NCBI GenBank assembly: GCA_951406725.2
Contig: OX597824.1
Location: 18,228,001 to 18,292,000 of the forward strand
DNA from: Octopus vulgaris
Taxonomy: Eukaryota
Direction of reading: 5' to 3'
Length of the DNA stretch: 64,000 nt
The first letter of the stretch is position 1. The number at the start of each line of letters is the position of its first letter. Of this stretch, positions 27,493-42,181 are shown piece after piece. The position numbers and the translations under genes were made by a program. Below the pieces are notes generated by a model. It ran no database searches. It was not told where the DNA came from and saw only the letters and a program-made list of their open reading frames with translations.

Positions 27493-27712
27493 TAAGGCGA
27501 CGAGCTGGCAGAAACGTTAGCACGTCGGGCGAAATGCGTAGCCGTATTTTGTCTGCTGTTACGTTGTGAGTTCAAATTCCACCGATGTCGACTTTGCCTT
27601 TCATCCTTTCGGGGTCGATAAATTAAGTACCAGTTACGCACTGGGGTCGATATAATCGACTGGCCCCCATCCCTCAATATTTCAGGCCTTGTGCCTGGAG
27701 TAGAAAAGAATA
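27493..27712 (+). mobile_element. SINE group A monomer with alternative tail (..TGGCCCCCATCCCTCAATATTTCAGGCCTTGTGCC..)
   Basis: Same head and core as the arrays; sequence diverges after AATCGACT. Confidence 0.85.
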
Positions 27713-27799
27713 TCAAATGATTTACAGTGATATACATATATTCCTGTAGTTCCTTCAGCGTGATCGACGAGTTAACAAACAATCATTAAACATGTGAAA

Positions 27800-28529
27800 T
27801 TTTGAACTTTGGGGGATTGGATCGACCCCAGTACGCAGCTGGTACTTAATTTATCGACACCGAAAGGATGGAAGACAAAGTCGACCTCGGTGGAATTTGA
27901 ACACAGAACGTAGCGGCAGACGAAATACCTATTTCTTTATAACCCACAATGGGCTAAACACAGAGGGGACAAACAAGGACAGACAAACGGATTAAGTCGA
28001 TTACATTGATCCCAGTGAGTAACTGGTACTTAATTTATCGACCCCGAAATGATGAAAGGCAGAGTCGACCTCGGTGGAATTTGAACTCAGAACGCAGCGG
28101 CAGACGAAATACCTATTTCTTTATAACCCACAAGTGGCTAAACACAGAGGGGACAAACAAGGACAGACAAACGGATTAAGTCGATTACATTGACCCCAGT
28201 GAGTAACTGGTACTTAATTTATCGACCCCGAAATGATAACAGGCAAAGTCGACCTCAGCGGAATTTGAACTCAGAACGTAGCGGCAGACGAAATACCTAT
28301 TTCTTTACTAGCCACAAGGGGCTAAACACAGAGGGGACAAACAAGGACAGACATAGGTATTAAGTCGATTACATCGACCCCAGTGCGTAACTGGTACTTA
28401 TTTAATCGACCCCAAATGGATGAAAGGCTGAGTCGACCTTGGTGGAATTTGAACTCAGAACGTAGCGGCAGACGAAATACTGCTAAGCATTTCGCCCGGT
28501 ATGCTAACGATTCTGCCAGCTCGCCGCCT
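27800..28529 (-). mobile_element. SINE group A tetramer; 3'-most unit lacks the LINE-like tail
   Basis: Three GAAATACC-TATTTCTTTA junctions; one head at ~28480-28529. Confidence 0.9.
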
Positions 28530-29603
28530 TTATGTTCATAAAATAATTTTAGTATACCGTTATCTAGTATCCCATCCGATGTTTTCCTTTAACAAAACAA
28601 CCCCTTGCTATAATTAAGTGATGAAATTCAATGGCCTTACAGATAAGAAAAGGTACATAAATTCTCACAGAGAAATAGTAAGCCTAGAATTATTTGATTC
28701 GACGCCCCATTCAAGTTTGCTATTGGTATTGTATAATAAAACATTTACTTTAATAATTATATGCGTTTTAATAGGAATAATGCCAAATTAAGAATTACTT
28801 GAGCATAATTTTCCCCAGAAATAGCAAATATTCAGAGAAAAAGTTTTAACCGACTCCCTACATCCCGATCTTTTTCTGAGTGCCATTGTATTACCCCTTT
28901 AAATTGCCCATTAACTACTTGAAATCGATATGGTTAATTGTGAGAAACTATTTGTAGCCAGCTAATGATACAGTTTCAAGTAATTATATGAGATTGATTG
29001 AGAATCTTTTCAGATTTTCATATAATTAACATCAAAGTATGTTCGTAAAATTTGACATAAATTTAGAAGCTACAAAATAATTTGAACATAGTACAAACAA
29101 GTGAAACCTTGTAATTGGGGAATCGAAGGAACTCATATTGCAGAGTAAACGATAAATATATTTCCCCACAAATTACATTTTAAACCCTGATTCAAGAGCA
29201 ATATCGTATTATCCCGTCATATCTTAATTTTTTTAACAAATTTTGAAATAAGCAGTCGTTGAAACCTCAGACCTATTACTGCATTCTGTACAGATTAAAA
29301 TACAGAAATTGGTACGGATATCTTATGTTAATATGTAATTCGCATTCAAAATATGTGTCCTCATTAATCGAAATATATGTAATGGGATAATAATAATGAT
29401 AATAAAAGTGATTATAATAATAATAGTGGTTTATCATAAGGTTTTGTCTAACAATTTGATATAGCTTAAATCCCTTTCATTTATTGCTTAGAACTGGTTT
29501 TACGTGAAACTGAAAGACGTATTTCGTTAAGAATCCACTTAAATCAAAAAATATATACCTATATATATATAAATATGTGTGTGTGTGCGTGTGTATGCGT
29601 GTG

Positions 29604-29638
<35 letters not shown>

Positions 29639-29675
29639 GCATGTACGTATGTATGTATGCATGCATGGGTGTACG

Positions 29676-29715
<40 letters not shown>

Positions 29716-29845
29716 GATAGATAGATAGATAAGTACATACAAGCATACATACATGCATACATACATATACAAATATTCATAGATTCACACACGCACATAC
29801 CCACACGCACACAAACACACACACACACACACACATATATATATG

Positions 29846-29912
<67 letters not shown>

Positions 29913-30203
29913 ATGTGTGTCTGTATATATATACACATACACACATATATATATATATATGAATATACATATATGTACAGACGCAAAAATACAATCACGT
30001 GTGTTTGTGTAAAGGTTTGTCATAATTTCAGTGTTTCTGAAAATCAATTACAGAGATGTTTCTTTCCCCCAGTGATGAATATATTGCTACAGGCATTATA
30101 GGATCGATACTGATTGCATGTAGTTATAGGTATAGTTCAATACACTGTTTGGTTCATTCATTATAGATGCGTACACCAAAACAAACACACACGTGCACTT
30201 ACT

Positions 30204-30258
<55 letters not shown>

Positions 30259-30444
30259 TTCTCATTTTTGCTTTCGCTTTTTTTTTATTTTTGCGGCCAA
30301 TATTTAAAAAACAGTGAATTATTGTCGTTTGTAATGTGTACAATGCGTTTGTGCGTGTTTAGTTCTTTAAGCATACATGCACATACATATCTACAATTAC
30401 ACACATACATCACATACATACAAGTACACACACACATATATATG

Positions 30445-30533
<89 letters not shown>

Positions 30534-30631
30534 TCATAAATGCTTATATATCCATATATAAGTATACACACATACATATATGTATATGTATGTAGACTTA
30601 TATATGGATATATAGGCATTTATGAATTTAT

Positions 30632-30662
<31 letters not shown>

Positions 30663-30702
30663 CACGTAGATAAATAGTTAGATAGGCAAACAAACACATT
30701 AC

Positions 30703-30789
<87 letters not shown>

Positions 30790-31280
30790 GTAGGTAGGTA
30801 GATAGAGAGCCATAGCCTATATGATTCCCTGCCGTTAAAGACGTGATAGTTGCTCTAAATATTGGGAAATGGCTCATGATTGCTAATTGATGTAAACTAA
30901 CGAAAATACAAACAGGGACATCTCCAGGCAACAGTAATTATGTATCTTATTTACTCGGAGTAAACATATATAATTGCTGAGGTAAACATAACGCTGTTAA
31001 CGCTGTGATGATATATTTCTACAGAGTAAATCATTTATCTCAAAGACTGTTATTATATCTCCGAAGCTAGAAAGTGTTTCTCTTCCCGCAACTACTTGTT
31101 CACTGCGAAGCTAAGGTAAGGTTTTGAATCAAATACTGCTGCCATGTTTGGGACCTGGCAGCCATGCATAGAGGCGCCTTAGACAGCATCGATGTAAAGA
31201 TATGTTGAGTGATTGGCATGATGTTACAAGCGCAATCCAAACTTTGGTCCTACAGACGGGTTGCGTCCTCTTGCAGGAGT

Positions 31281-32895
31281 AAATATTTCCCAAACCTCCC
31301 TTTGATGGAAGGCCGATCAGCAGAAATTTATTACTGTCAGACTAAGACCAGTGGAGTAAGACCAGCAGAGAAAGACCAGGAGAATATGTGTAACACCATT
31401 AGAATTATCGAAGAGATGAAGTACAGTTAGATTCATTCTAAGCAATTGTGGCTGATCTTGTCTCACTCAACTTTTTCTCCCACCGATGTGTCAAATGTTC
31501 TAGTCTACACAGTAACCACCACGCCCTGTCTGTTCTCCACAGATCAGTGAGTGTTCTTAATTTCTTTCCTTCGCAGAAAATTTAGCAGGGTTGAACTTAC
31601 GACAATTTAAGCAGAACGTTATGCTCATCAAGTCAAAGATTTCCGACGGATTCTGAGTACCTTAGTTGCTTGCCCTAACAGTTACGAAAAATAAAATCAA
31701 TATGACCAGTGTTGTTACAATCACCTTAGATAAATAGTTAAGCTTTCGGTAAAGGGGTATCCCGGCTGACTCAGATTCCATCCTTGGAATTAGATATGAA
31801 TGTCACAACATCCCATTTTCTTCGACTGACGGTCATCTGAGCTTCATCTTAGAAACGATGAAGCAGTAAAAATAATTTCTAAAGCGAAGTATTTTGACGA
31901 ATAAATACCGCGATATGTTTTTGTTTCAATTATTCTTTGAAAAGAAGGCATCGAATTTACAAATATTTCTATTTTGCTAAAATATATGGGTTGACGACTT
32001 TTCGTATAAACATTGTTGTAAGCGTTAGTGTACTCGATAGAAAACCCTATTTTTCAAAGCTTAAATCTCCTTAATACCTATCATATAATATAAGTACTGT
32101 GTCTATGGCCTCGAATATATATTAGTTATAATTAGGCCAATGTAATTTCCTTGTCATCAGTTGTATCTAAAATAATAGTTTGCATCAGGCCCAGCCATAT
32201 CAGCCACAATTGTTTAGAATGAATCTAACTGTACCGTACATCCTCGAGTATAATCCGCATTTTTTTCCCAAAATTCGAAGGTTAAAATCCCTCTTGCGTA
32301 CTATATACGAGGTTAAAAATGAAAAATATTTTCTAAGCAATGTCCGAGTCTCTATTTGCTGTCCGGCAATGTTTATTCATACGCTTTTTGCAATGTCGGG
32401 CGCGAAAAAACATGAAGCTAAGCCTGAAAGCAATGAAGTCATAAAAGAATCATCCGTAACTTGCAATAAGCAACATTTATTAAAATAAAAGTATTCAGAA
32501 CACAGAATAACATGTAACAAAATCAATTTGCAAACATATTTACATTCCCATATAACAGTTAAGAACATCACCATTATTGCATTTCGCATGCGCGGGAGTG
32601 TTTGTTCGACTAGGTGCTGCTGGCTTAATTACGCAGGACTCAAGTTAGAGAGGGGTGCGTATTATACACAAGGTTTAGGTTTTTCAGAGGTACAACCCCC
32701 TAGAAATCCCCTGCGTATTATACTCAAGGGCGGACTATACTCGAGGATTTACGGTACTTCATCTATTCGATCATTCTAATGGTGTTACACATATTCTTCT
32801 GATTTTCTCTGCTGGTCTTACTCCACTGGTCTTAGTCTGAGTAATAAATTTCTGCTGACTTTATTGAGCATACTAGATCGGTCTTCCACCCAAAG
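31281..32895. repeat. Spaced inverted repeat (~31281-31456 vs ~32199-32895, right arm split by a MITE)
   Basis: CAGCAGAAATTTATTAC..GTAACACCATTAGAAT..GAAGTACAGTTAGATTCATTCTA..TGTGGCTGAT recurs reverse-complemented. Confidence 0.85.
32234..32754. mobile_element. Non-autonomous Tc1/mariner-superfamily (Tc2/pogo-like) MITE
   Basis: TIRs CCGTACATCCTCGAGTATAATCCGC / GCGGACTATACTCGAGGATTTACGG, TA on both sides, no transposase ORF. Confidence 0.9.
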
Positions 32896-33197
32896 CCTGC
32901 TTGCAAAAGTGGCATCACTGTGTATCTAAATAACTATATTCCTTATTATGTCCTTGTCTTATATAATATGCCTTATAAGTCGATTTTTCTACATGTTTCT
33001 ATTCCTATTTATTGATTCCACTTAAAATTTCCAAACCTTTTGTTGTTGAATTTCTAGGGAAGTCACTAGAGATTCTAGATATTAAGTGTCTTATATAAAG
33101 ACAGATAAATCTCAGACGAGCGTTACATTTCGTTATCTAACAGAGAACTTTCCTCTGAGAATCGATAAGTTCATTTTGACAGCCCGACAACCCTGAA

Positions 33198-33239
<42 letters not shown>

Positions 33240-33269
33240 TTATATACCTATCTATCTATCTGTGTGTGC

Positions 33270-33308
<39 letters not shown>

Positions 33309-33897
33309 CATATATAAATATATAGATATAGATACATACATATATATATATATACATACATACATACATATACATATATATATATATATATATACTTATC
33401 TACCTATCTACCTGTGTGTGAATGTGTATATATATATATATATGCTCAGAAAAGCACACACAGAGGCACAAACACGCACAGAAGAGTATATATCTATGTG
33501 CGTGCGTGCGTGCGTGTGTGTGTGTGTAAACATGTATTCCTCTTCGGAAATCCAATTTTCCTTATTTGTCGTAGTTTTGTAGTTTAAGTCCTATAATTTC
33601 TCAAAATCCCGAATCGACGTTCGACGGGAACCCATATTAAAGCAACAATAAGATCTTGTAGGAAACCTGCTGAATGGTGATAAGTTCATTTCCATTGTCG
33701 ACTTACAAGCTCTCCATTTTATACCGAACGTGAAGATGCTAGCAGTCTTCGAATATAAATGCAGACTTTCGACTATGTACAGCCATGTTACTGTTACAAT
33801 ATAAACAAATCAATTGAAAAATAAAATGGAGTTAAATTTCAAAATATCCCTCTTGTCTGAGGTTGATTTTAAGGAGTCTAGCTGCATAATATCGCAG

Positions 33898-34213
33898 AAG
33901 TCACCGTTATCACCGTGACCGACCAGGCTATCAGATTTTGCTACACATCGCTGGTCACAATGCACTTTGCATTGTTTTTTAGCCTTCAAATGACGCCACC
34001 CCGCTGGCTAAGAGAGCAGGCCAAGAGAAGAAAGAGTGAGAGAAAGTTGTGGGGAACGAGTACAGCAGGGATCGCCACCAACCCCTGCCGCAGCGTCGAG
34101 GAGCTTTAGGTGTTTTTGCTCAATAAACGCTCACAACGCCCGGCATGGGAATCGAAACCGCGATCCTACAACCGCCAGTCCACTGCCCTAACCACTAGAC
34201 CATTGCGCCTCCA
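33898..34213 (-). mobile_element. SINE group C, tail type 2
   Basis: Head and body match 820-1020; 3' part unrelated to tail type 1. Confidence 0.8.
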
Positions 34214-34446
34214 CATTCTCACAGAAGTAACAACTTGTAAATATTCGTCTTATGCAAAGTATGAAACAAGAACCAGCTGAGTATTTGTCAAGGCGTTCAG
34301 TATCTCCATGGTGCCAAAGAAAACGTAGTAACCGGCATTCGTTAGGGTTTTGAAATATGAGATTCTAATGTGAAATAGGGAGGGAATATGGAATGCTTTT
34401 TCTGTGTTGGTGAAGCTGTCAAAAGTAAGAATCACCTTAAAAAAAT

Positions 34447-34700
34447 AAATAAATGCGCCATTTTAAAGCCTAGCCAGGCTCATGGGCCCGGTTTCCTGGT
34501 TTCAATGGTGTATGTGTTCCCCAGCTGGACGGGACGCCAGTCCATCGCGGCGTTACTCATTTTTGCCAGCTGAGTGGACTGGAGCAACGTCAAATGAAGT
34601 GTTTTGCTCAAGAACTCAGCGCGTCGCCCGGTCCAGGAATCGAAACCACAACCTTACGGTCATGATACTGACGCCCTAACCACTAAGCCACGCGTCTCAA
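34447..34700 (-). mobile_element. SINE group C variant, tail type 3 (GATGGACTGGCGTCCCGTCCAG)
   Basis: tRNA-like head TGGCTTAGTGGTTAGG..GGTTTCGATTCC; tail shared with 44935-45255. Confidence 0.8.
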
Positions 34701-34829
34701 CCCAAGAATCACCTTAGGATTCGCCTATTCTTGGGTTTCATTGTCATGTGGATGACTAACAGTTATAAAGCGAAAAATGCCCAATAAATTTAACAGAGTT
34801 TTAAAAAATGGATAATGATTTGAAAATAG

Positions 34830-35140
34830 ACAATGATAATGAAGATGGGCTCTCCCGTCGAAAAAGGACGCATGTGTGGTCAGATCTTGCTGAATGACTT
34901 GCACGAATGATTTGTTTATAGCGATGAAATATAGGTGCCGTTCATTTAGTTCACTGCCTCCATCAAATCGACGTCGCCCGAACAGGTGCACGGTGTAGCA
35001 AGCATCAGGTGTCAAAGGGATCGCAGAGCAGCGTGAGAGGAAGTGTCTTGTTCAAGAACACAATGCAACGTCTGGTCTGGGAATTGAAACCGCGATTTCG
35101 CAATCGTGAATGCAGCACCCTAACCACTAGATCATACGTC
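34830..35140 (-). mobile_element. Old SINE group C variant, tail type 4
   Basis: Diverged head and CORE-like TGTGTTCTTGAACAAGACACTT. Confidence 0.65.
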
Positions 35141-35141
35141 C

Positions 35142-35196
<55 letters not shown>

Positions 35197-35281
35197 GATG
35201 ATGATAATAATAATAATGATGATAATAATGATAATAATGATAATAATAATAATAATGATAATGATAATAATGATAATAATG

Positions 35282-35313
<32 letters not shown>

Positions 35314-35314
35314 A

Positions 35315-35395
<81 letters not shown>

Positions 35396-35398
<3 letters not shown>

Positions 35399-35890
35399 GA
35401 TGGGCTACAGCAAACATTCTGCTATAAAAGATGGGCTACAGCAAACATTCTGCTCAATACCACAGATTTGCTTGTCAGTTGTTTGACCTTAATCAGTTGA
35501 GCATGTCCCTTAGTGGCTGACGATATGTGCATCTCTGATCACGAGCAGAAGTAGTGGGGAGCATCATAGCCATGTGTTGAGAAGGATTCTTTGGGGTTTA
35601 AATAATTCACCTCTGGAAACATGGGTGTTTCGTTCAACATCCTTAAACAACCCTTATTCAGGGACCTTTTGAGCGGGATGGGTTACTCGATCTGAAGAAA
35701 ATTCTAACTGGGCTCCACCTGCAAGGTCATGTGCTGTTTATCTTGATATGAGATCACCATGTCGCGCACAAATGGTTGTGATGCATGTGCCTGGTGTACC
35801 TTTATCAGACGGGTAGTCATGATGGGTATATTGGGCTTCGTATATTTTACCCCAGTGTCACTTTGATGGCATGAACTGCTCTCTCACTCA
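35396..35890 (+). mobile_element. (TAA)n-embedded non-coding element, 5'-truncated copy
   Basis: Homologous to 35921-36483 and 51067-51583; 5' ~30 bp duplicated. Confidence 0.8.
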
Positions 35891-35920
35891 ATAATAATAA
35901 TAATGATGATAATAATAATA

Positions 35921-36483
35921 AATGTTCTGATGCAGTACCAGGCAGTGGTTTTCCTGGCTTCTCATCTTAACTGATTGGAAGCGTTATCATGTACATTCTT
36001 TTACTTTGGTAACAAAAAAGAAAACATGGGGCTACAGTAAATATTCTGCTCAATACCACAGATTTGCTTGTCAGTTGTTTGACCTTAATCAATTGAGCCT
36101 GTCCCTCAGTGGCTGACGATATGTGCATCTCTGATCACGAACAAAAGTAGTGGGGGAGCATGATTGCCGTGTGTTGAGAGGGATTCTTTGGGGCTTGAAT
36201 ATTTCACCTCTGAAAACATGGGTGTTTCGTTCAACATCCTTAAACAACCCTTATTCAGGGACCTTTTGAGCGGGATGGGTTACTCGACCGGATGAAAATT
36301 CTAACTAGGCTCCACCTGCAAGTTCATGTGCTGTTTATCATGATATGAGATCACCATGTCGAGCACATATGGTTGTGATGCATGTCCCTAGTGTACCCTT
36401 GTCAGACAGGTAGTCATGGTGGGTATACTGGGCTTCGTATATTTCACCCCACTTTTTATTGGCATGCACTGCTCCCTCACTCA
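35921..36483 (+). mobile_element. (TAA)n-embedded non-coding element, ~560 bp (R4/Dong-like target preference)
   Basis: (TAA)n on both flanks; ends match those of the copy at 51067-51583. Confidence 0.8.
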
Positions 36484-36495
36484 ATAATAATAATG

Positions 36496-36621
<126 letters not shown>

Positions 36622-37894
36622 TTCTTTTGTAGACATATACATCTCACTATGTTAAAACTTTAAAATCTGGATTGATAATCCAAAAATGATATCATTCTTA
36701 TGTCAGTTGGAGATTGAAACCGCATTGTGATTGTAACTAGAAAGAGGTTTATACTGAACTTGATATTAGCTCACAATATTCTTTATTTTGTTTTTTAGCA
36801 TTTATCTACAGCTCACGCTCCAAGATGAGCCAACGTCCGCAGATATACACGATAATGCCGTAAGGAAATTTACACGAATAAGGTTATATGCTTTAATTCC
36901 CATGTTATCGTGTTAGAATGCCATGTCTCGAGGTTTGTTATAATTAAAATAACGTCCATACACACGCCAAACTATGCTTGTATACTTTATTTGCTTTTTG
37001 TAATGTGTGAGAACGATTTGAAAACGAACGCCTGCAGTTACCCGCCTTTGGCCTGGTTTATACGCAGAAAAGAAAAGAATTCAAAGCTTTCTCAATGAAA
37101 ATTATTGTAATTGTTTGAGCAAAATAATCCATTTTGTTATAATTATATCTTGAATTCAGAAAAGATCCGCCGATGAAATATGAGATGCCTCTTATCAATG
37201 ATACATTGCCATGGAAACTTAAAGGATACTTTACTTCATATAAATCATGAGAAACATTTTAGAAGGAAACTATTTAACACACAAAATATTAAAATAAAAT
37301 AAATTTTAAGAATTCTTGGAAGAGTTGTAAATATTTCATTCAAATTAACGTATATCAACACCATTACATGATAATGACAATTAATATACAGGATACTCAA
37401 GTGTATATAATATATATAAACACGCACAATGTCAGAAAATATTTAATGAGCGTACATCACACAAAGTAATTCAATATTAAAGAATGTAATAGACACGCGT
37501 GTCAACATGATGAAGATCAGTGAAGTCAGAATGATCTCCCATCGTGAATTGATGATCATTAGAAAGTTATATAAGTGCAATATGGCAAAATATCATCAAC
37601 TGAGATTTCGAGACAGAGACCGGGTTTCGATCATTGTTAGAAGATAAAGCTTGTCCCATGTTTAGAAACAAGGACGTTCTATACATTCAGAAAATGCATG
37701 GTGGTTACAGAATCTTTAATTATAGAATTTCTCATGAAATTTAACTTTATTTTTGTAGTGTTAATCAACTACAATACACATTTCTCATATAATATTAGGC
37801 AGATTTTTCGTCTGTATATTCGAAACAGATATCTTTTTATAATTTAGATTAGTTAGGGTTTGGGATATCCATGATATTTCAATGGTTCATAAAT

Positions 37895-38048
37895 ATATAT
37901 ATATACGACGGGCTTCTTTCAGTTTCCGTCTAACAAATCCACTCACAAGGCTTTGGTCGGCTCGAGGCTGTAGTAGAAAATACTTGCCCGAGGTGACACG
38001 CAGTGGGATTGAACCCGGAACCATGTGGTTGGTAAGCAAGCTATTTAC
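37895..38048 (-). mobile_element. SINE group B 5' fragment
   Basis: CGACGGGCTTCTTTCAGTTTCCGTC..GGAACCATGTGGTTGGTAAGC. Confidence 0.85.
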
Positions 38049-38100
38049 ACGCACACACACACATACACACACACACACATACACACACACACACACACAC

Positions 38101-38170
<70 letters not shown>

Positions 38171-38364
38171 TGTGAGTTTGAAGTGGTTTATGTTTGAGTT
38201 GCTCTGTAACAAAACAGCAGTTTTGGAGAAAATTGCAGAGAATTGCAGCTATGGGGGAAAAGGAATGTATATAGAGTTTCCTGGGGAATATGAGAGATAC
38301 TACACAAGGAAAACAACGGGAGAAACTTTAACGAATGAATCTTGATCCACCATATTGACTAACC

Positions 38365-38706
38365 AACACAGGAAACCCCTTTCAGTAATGAATGACCATG
38401 GGATTACACCTAGAAAGTTACCCTCCGAGGCACAAGTCCGGGCAAGGTTGTTTATAGAAGGCCAGCAGTTGCCCATGCATACCAGCCTCCCCTCTCCACA
38501 CCACTGATGTTATCCAAGGGAAAGGCAAAGGGGCCGATACAGCTTGGCACCGGTGATGTCGCAACTCATTTCTACAGCTGAGTGAACTGGAGCGACGTGA
38601 AATAAAATGTCCTGCTCAAGAACACAAGACGCAGCTCGGTCCTAGAATCGAACTCACAACCTCACGATTGTAAGCTCGACGCTCTAACCACTGGGCCATG
38701 CGCCTT
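38365..38706 (-). mobile_element. SINE group C variant, tail type 5
   Basis: Head GGCGCATGGCCCAGTGGTTAGAGCG..GAGTTCGATTC; body shared with 34447-34700 up to AATGAGT. Confidence 0.8.
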
Positions 38707-39839
38707 TACTAATAACCAATATTGTTCTAGTAATTGCCGTTGACATTTTTGTTCACATGGTGTATCAATCATTGAATTGTCCAACATATATTTTCGTGTT
38801 TTTTTTTTCTTCAGAAGGTAGGATGGAATTTTAGGGAGATTTATCGGTTATTTAAAATCGATTACGTGATTATCAAAAAAGCTTTCCAGACACTTCTCAA
38901 AGAAAAAAAGAACTATCTCAATGTTCGACTTGTGGACCACGATACTGAAGTGTGTCCCTAGCCTTAAATGAAACCAAAGCTATTAATGTATGTTGTGGTA
39001 TGACTCTATCATCCAAACTCAACTAGTAAGTTTCCGTTGAACCGGTTCTCTGAAACAATTACGATTTCAGTTTGAAGGGATTTCACGTACATTGATAAAA
39101 CTGGTTTAGGTGAATCGGAAATGTCATAGAATACTTTTTCACGTCTCCTAGGAATAATTAGTGTGTTGAATTCCATGCCCCATATAAGGCGGTTAACAGT
39201 CAGGAATTCCCAGAACGTCAGGAAAATTATGTTGTGGAAATTATTTACCAAAGCGCGTTGCCTACTTCTAGAGTTGACAAATGTAGCGTTTAAGCATTTG
39301 CGACTGATATGATATGTCTATGTATGTTCTTGCTATATAAATATAGTGTGCCGCTGTGTTTGTTATAAAAGTTTGTGACCCTCAGCTTATATTAAAATGA
39401 ACCCGTTTGTGATCGAGTGCCGAGTAAATACGGTCTAAATCTGATTACCTTGTGTACAATCATATGAACGAAGTAGAAATATATATTTAGTTTCTCAACT
39501 GCTCTTTATTTAAATGTGAGTTTCAAGGACATGTATGGCTAAGATATACTTGATTTTTTAAAATAAAACATATAGCATAGTTACACACTGACGAGTGCGG
39601 GCAGACTCACACATATATTTTATTATTTTGCTTGATCTCTGATATACGCCTATGGGTGCACGGACTTTTCAGAAAGTTATGCATTGTCTGACAATATTGT
39701 GTGCCTACGTGGAAAACTCAGAGTAGAAAGAGACTGACTTGATCAAAATAAAATAGAGTATTAATCTCTACTATGATACTGAATACTCTTTTTTCCGATA
39801 GTCAACACTAAACGATCTCTCTCTCTTTCTCTCTTTCTC

Positions 39840-39866
39840 TCTATCTATCTAACTATTATCTATATT

Positions 39867-39953
<87 letters not shown>

Positions 39954-39966
39954 ATTAACTAACTAT

Positions 39967-40035
<69 letters not shown>

Positions 40036-40099
40036 CATCTATCTAACTAACTATTTATCTATCTATCTATCTGTCTAATTGTCTATCTATATTTATATC

Positions 40100-40164
<65 letters not shown>

Positions 40165-40195
40165 ATATCTATATATATATATATATATATATAAA
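39840..40195. repeat. (TATC)n microsatellite block
   Basis: Directly visible. Confidence 0.95.
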
Positions 40196-40540
40196 TGTAT
40201 TATAAGTGCATCTATCTGTGTGTGTGTGTGTGTACAAACTACAAACGTATATATGAGACAAAGATGGTTAGCGAACTACAGTAAAAATGACGGAGGAAAC
40301 AAGAGAGAAATATAGAAAAGAAAGCGTTTAATTACTGACGCATTTATAAATTTTCCTTTCACATATACATTAATGTATAACCGCGTTCATTACTGAGAGA
40401 AAAAGGAGACGAATTATATATGTGCATACATGCTTACTTCGGTGTGTATAGCATTATCGTTTGTATTTTTCGGAAAACGCGTTTAAAGCGAAACAGAGAA
40501 TAAAGAACTCATGTGTGAGAGAAAGAGCGATGGACATATA

Positions 40541-40647
<107 letters not shown>

Positions 40648-41289
40648 GTGAGACAACGAGAGAGATTGTATATGTGGAAGAGAGAGAGGGTAACTGTGAT
40701 GTAAGTAAAATTATGTGCGTAATCATATTGACGCACTTAAGGAATATACGCATTTTATTGTCTGTCCTTACAGGTTGATAATATCTTACTTGAGAAGATT
40801 AAATACAAGACGGTAAGCAAGCAGCACCACAGAACATACAGTTAACTTGAATATCTATAAAAACCGCCCAATCTGGATTATACTACGATGTCAATGCTCC
40901 TAACTGCAACCCGCAATAGACTAAGCAAAGATTGAATATGGAAAAGAATCCGCTCCTTTATTTTCTACCCAGCATTTTTGTTGTGTTGTTTGCTTATAGC
41001 TTTAACCACTATCCCCTACCATAATCTCTCCTTTAAGAGGCTTATTAACTTTTGAGTAGCTAAGATTAGCCGAGGAAGAAAGCAAATCGGTGTAACAGTG
41101 ACAGAGTGTATTGTATGCTATATTAAACCTCGCTGTGTTTGATATCTTTGTGGTATTATTATAATGAAAAGCAAGTCAGAGGAAACTTTAACTGGTTAAA
41201 GAAAGACTAGCGATGCCATGGCGGAGGGTGTCGCGAATTAGTTCCATATGTACACACTTACTCACACATATACACTCGCTCACACGCAC

Positions 41290-41332
<43 letters not shown>

Positions 41333-41463
41333 TACACAAACTCAAACACACAAACACACACGCACTCAATCACTATATCACAGCGTGATATACACACATA
41401 TATATTTATACATACCTATATATATATAAATATATATATATAGATAGATAGATAGATAGATAT

Positions 41464-41510
<47 letters not shown>

Positions 41511-41567
41511 TACATACACATATACACACAGACACACAGGCACAAACACACGCACACATACACACAC

Positions 41568-41623
<56 letters not shown>

Positions 41624-42128
41624 ATACATATATTAAATACAATGGATATACATATACATGTACCCTTATCGATATATATGTGCTTATGTATTTATATACA
41701 CACACAAATAGGTTTGTATACTAGTACATCTATGTATGCGTGCTTATGTTTATGTGTGTATGTGTTTATGTGTATGCGAACCTGTGTGTAAACAAATCAA
41801 ACGCTTAGGAAGATTCTTAAAAATATAGAGAGAAAATACGTTGAAAATCCACGGAACTGTTCGAAAAGAAGCCATCTCAAGAGAAAATGTTCTAAGTCTT
41901 GGAATCCAATGCTGCGAGAATACAACATACGATATACGTAGAAAGTGGATAGAGTAAAAAGGCAGTAAATCTGCATATTTAAACATCAACCAGCTATCTT
42001 TCTCTGCTGTTTCATTTAATACGCACTCTGAAAGTGAATTGAAAGTAATAAGATAATTCATTTGTTCTCTGCTGCTTATAAGAACTGCAAATACAAGTAA
42101 AACAACAGCAAAAGTAAGAAGCGACAAC

Positions 42129-42181
<53 letters not shown>

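Noticed and set aside
35470-35550. HDV-like ribozyme fold in the TAA element (GTCAGT/GCTGAC as P1)
   Set aside because: P1.1, J4/2 and P2 could not be completed convincingly.
39009-39251. 80-aa non-repetitive ORF
   Set aside because: TTG start, no recognisable domain, no convincing splice sites.
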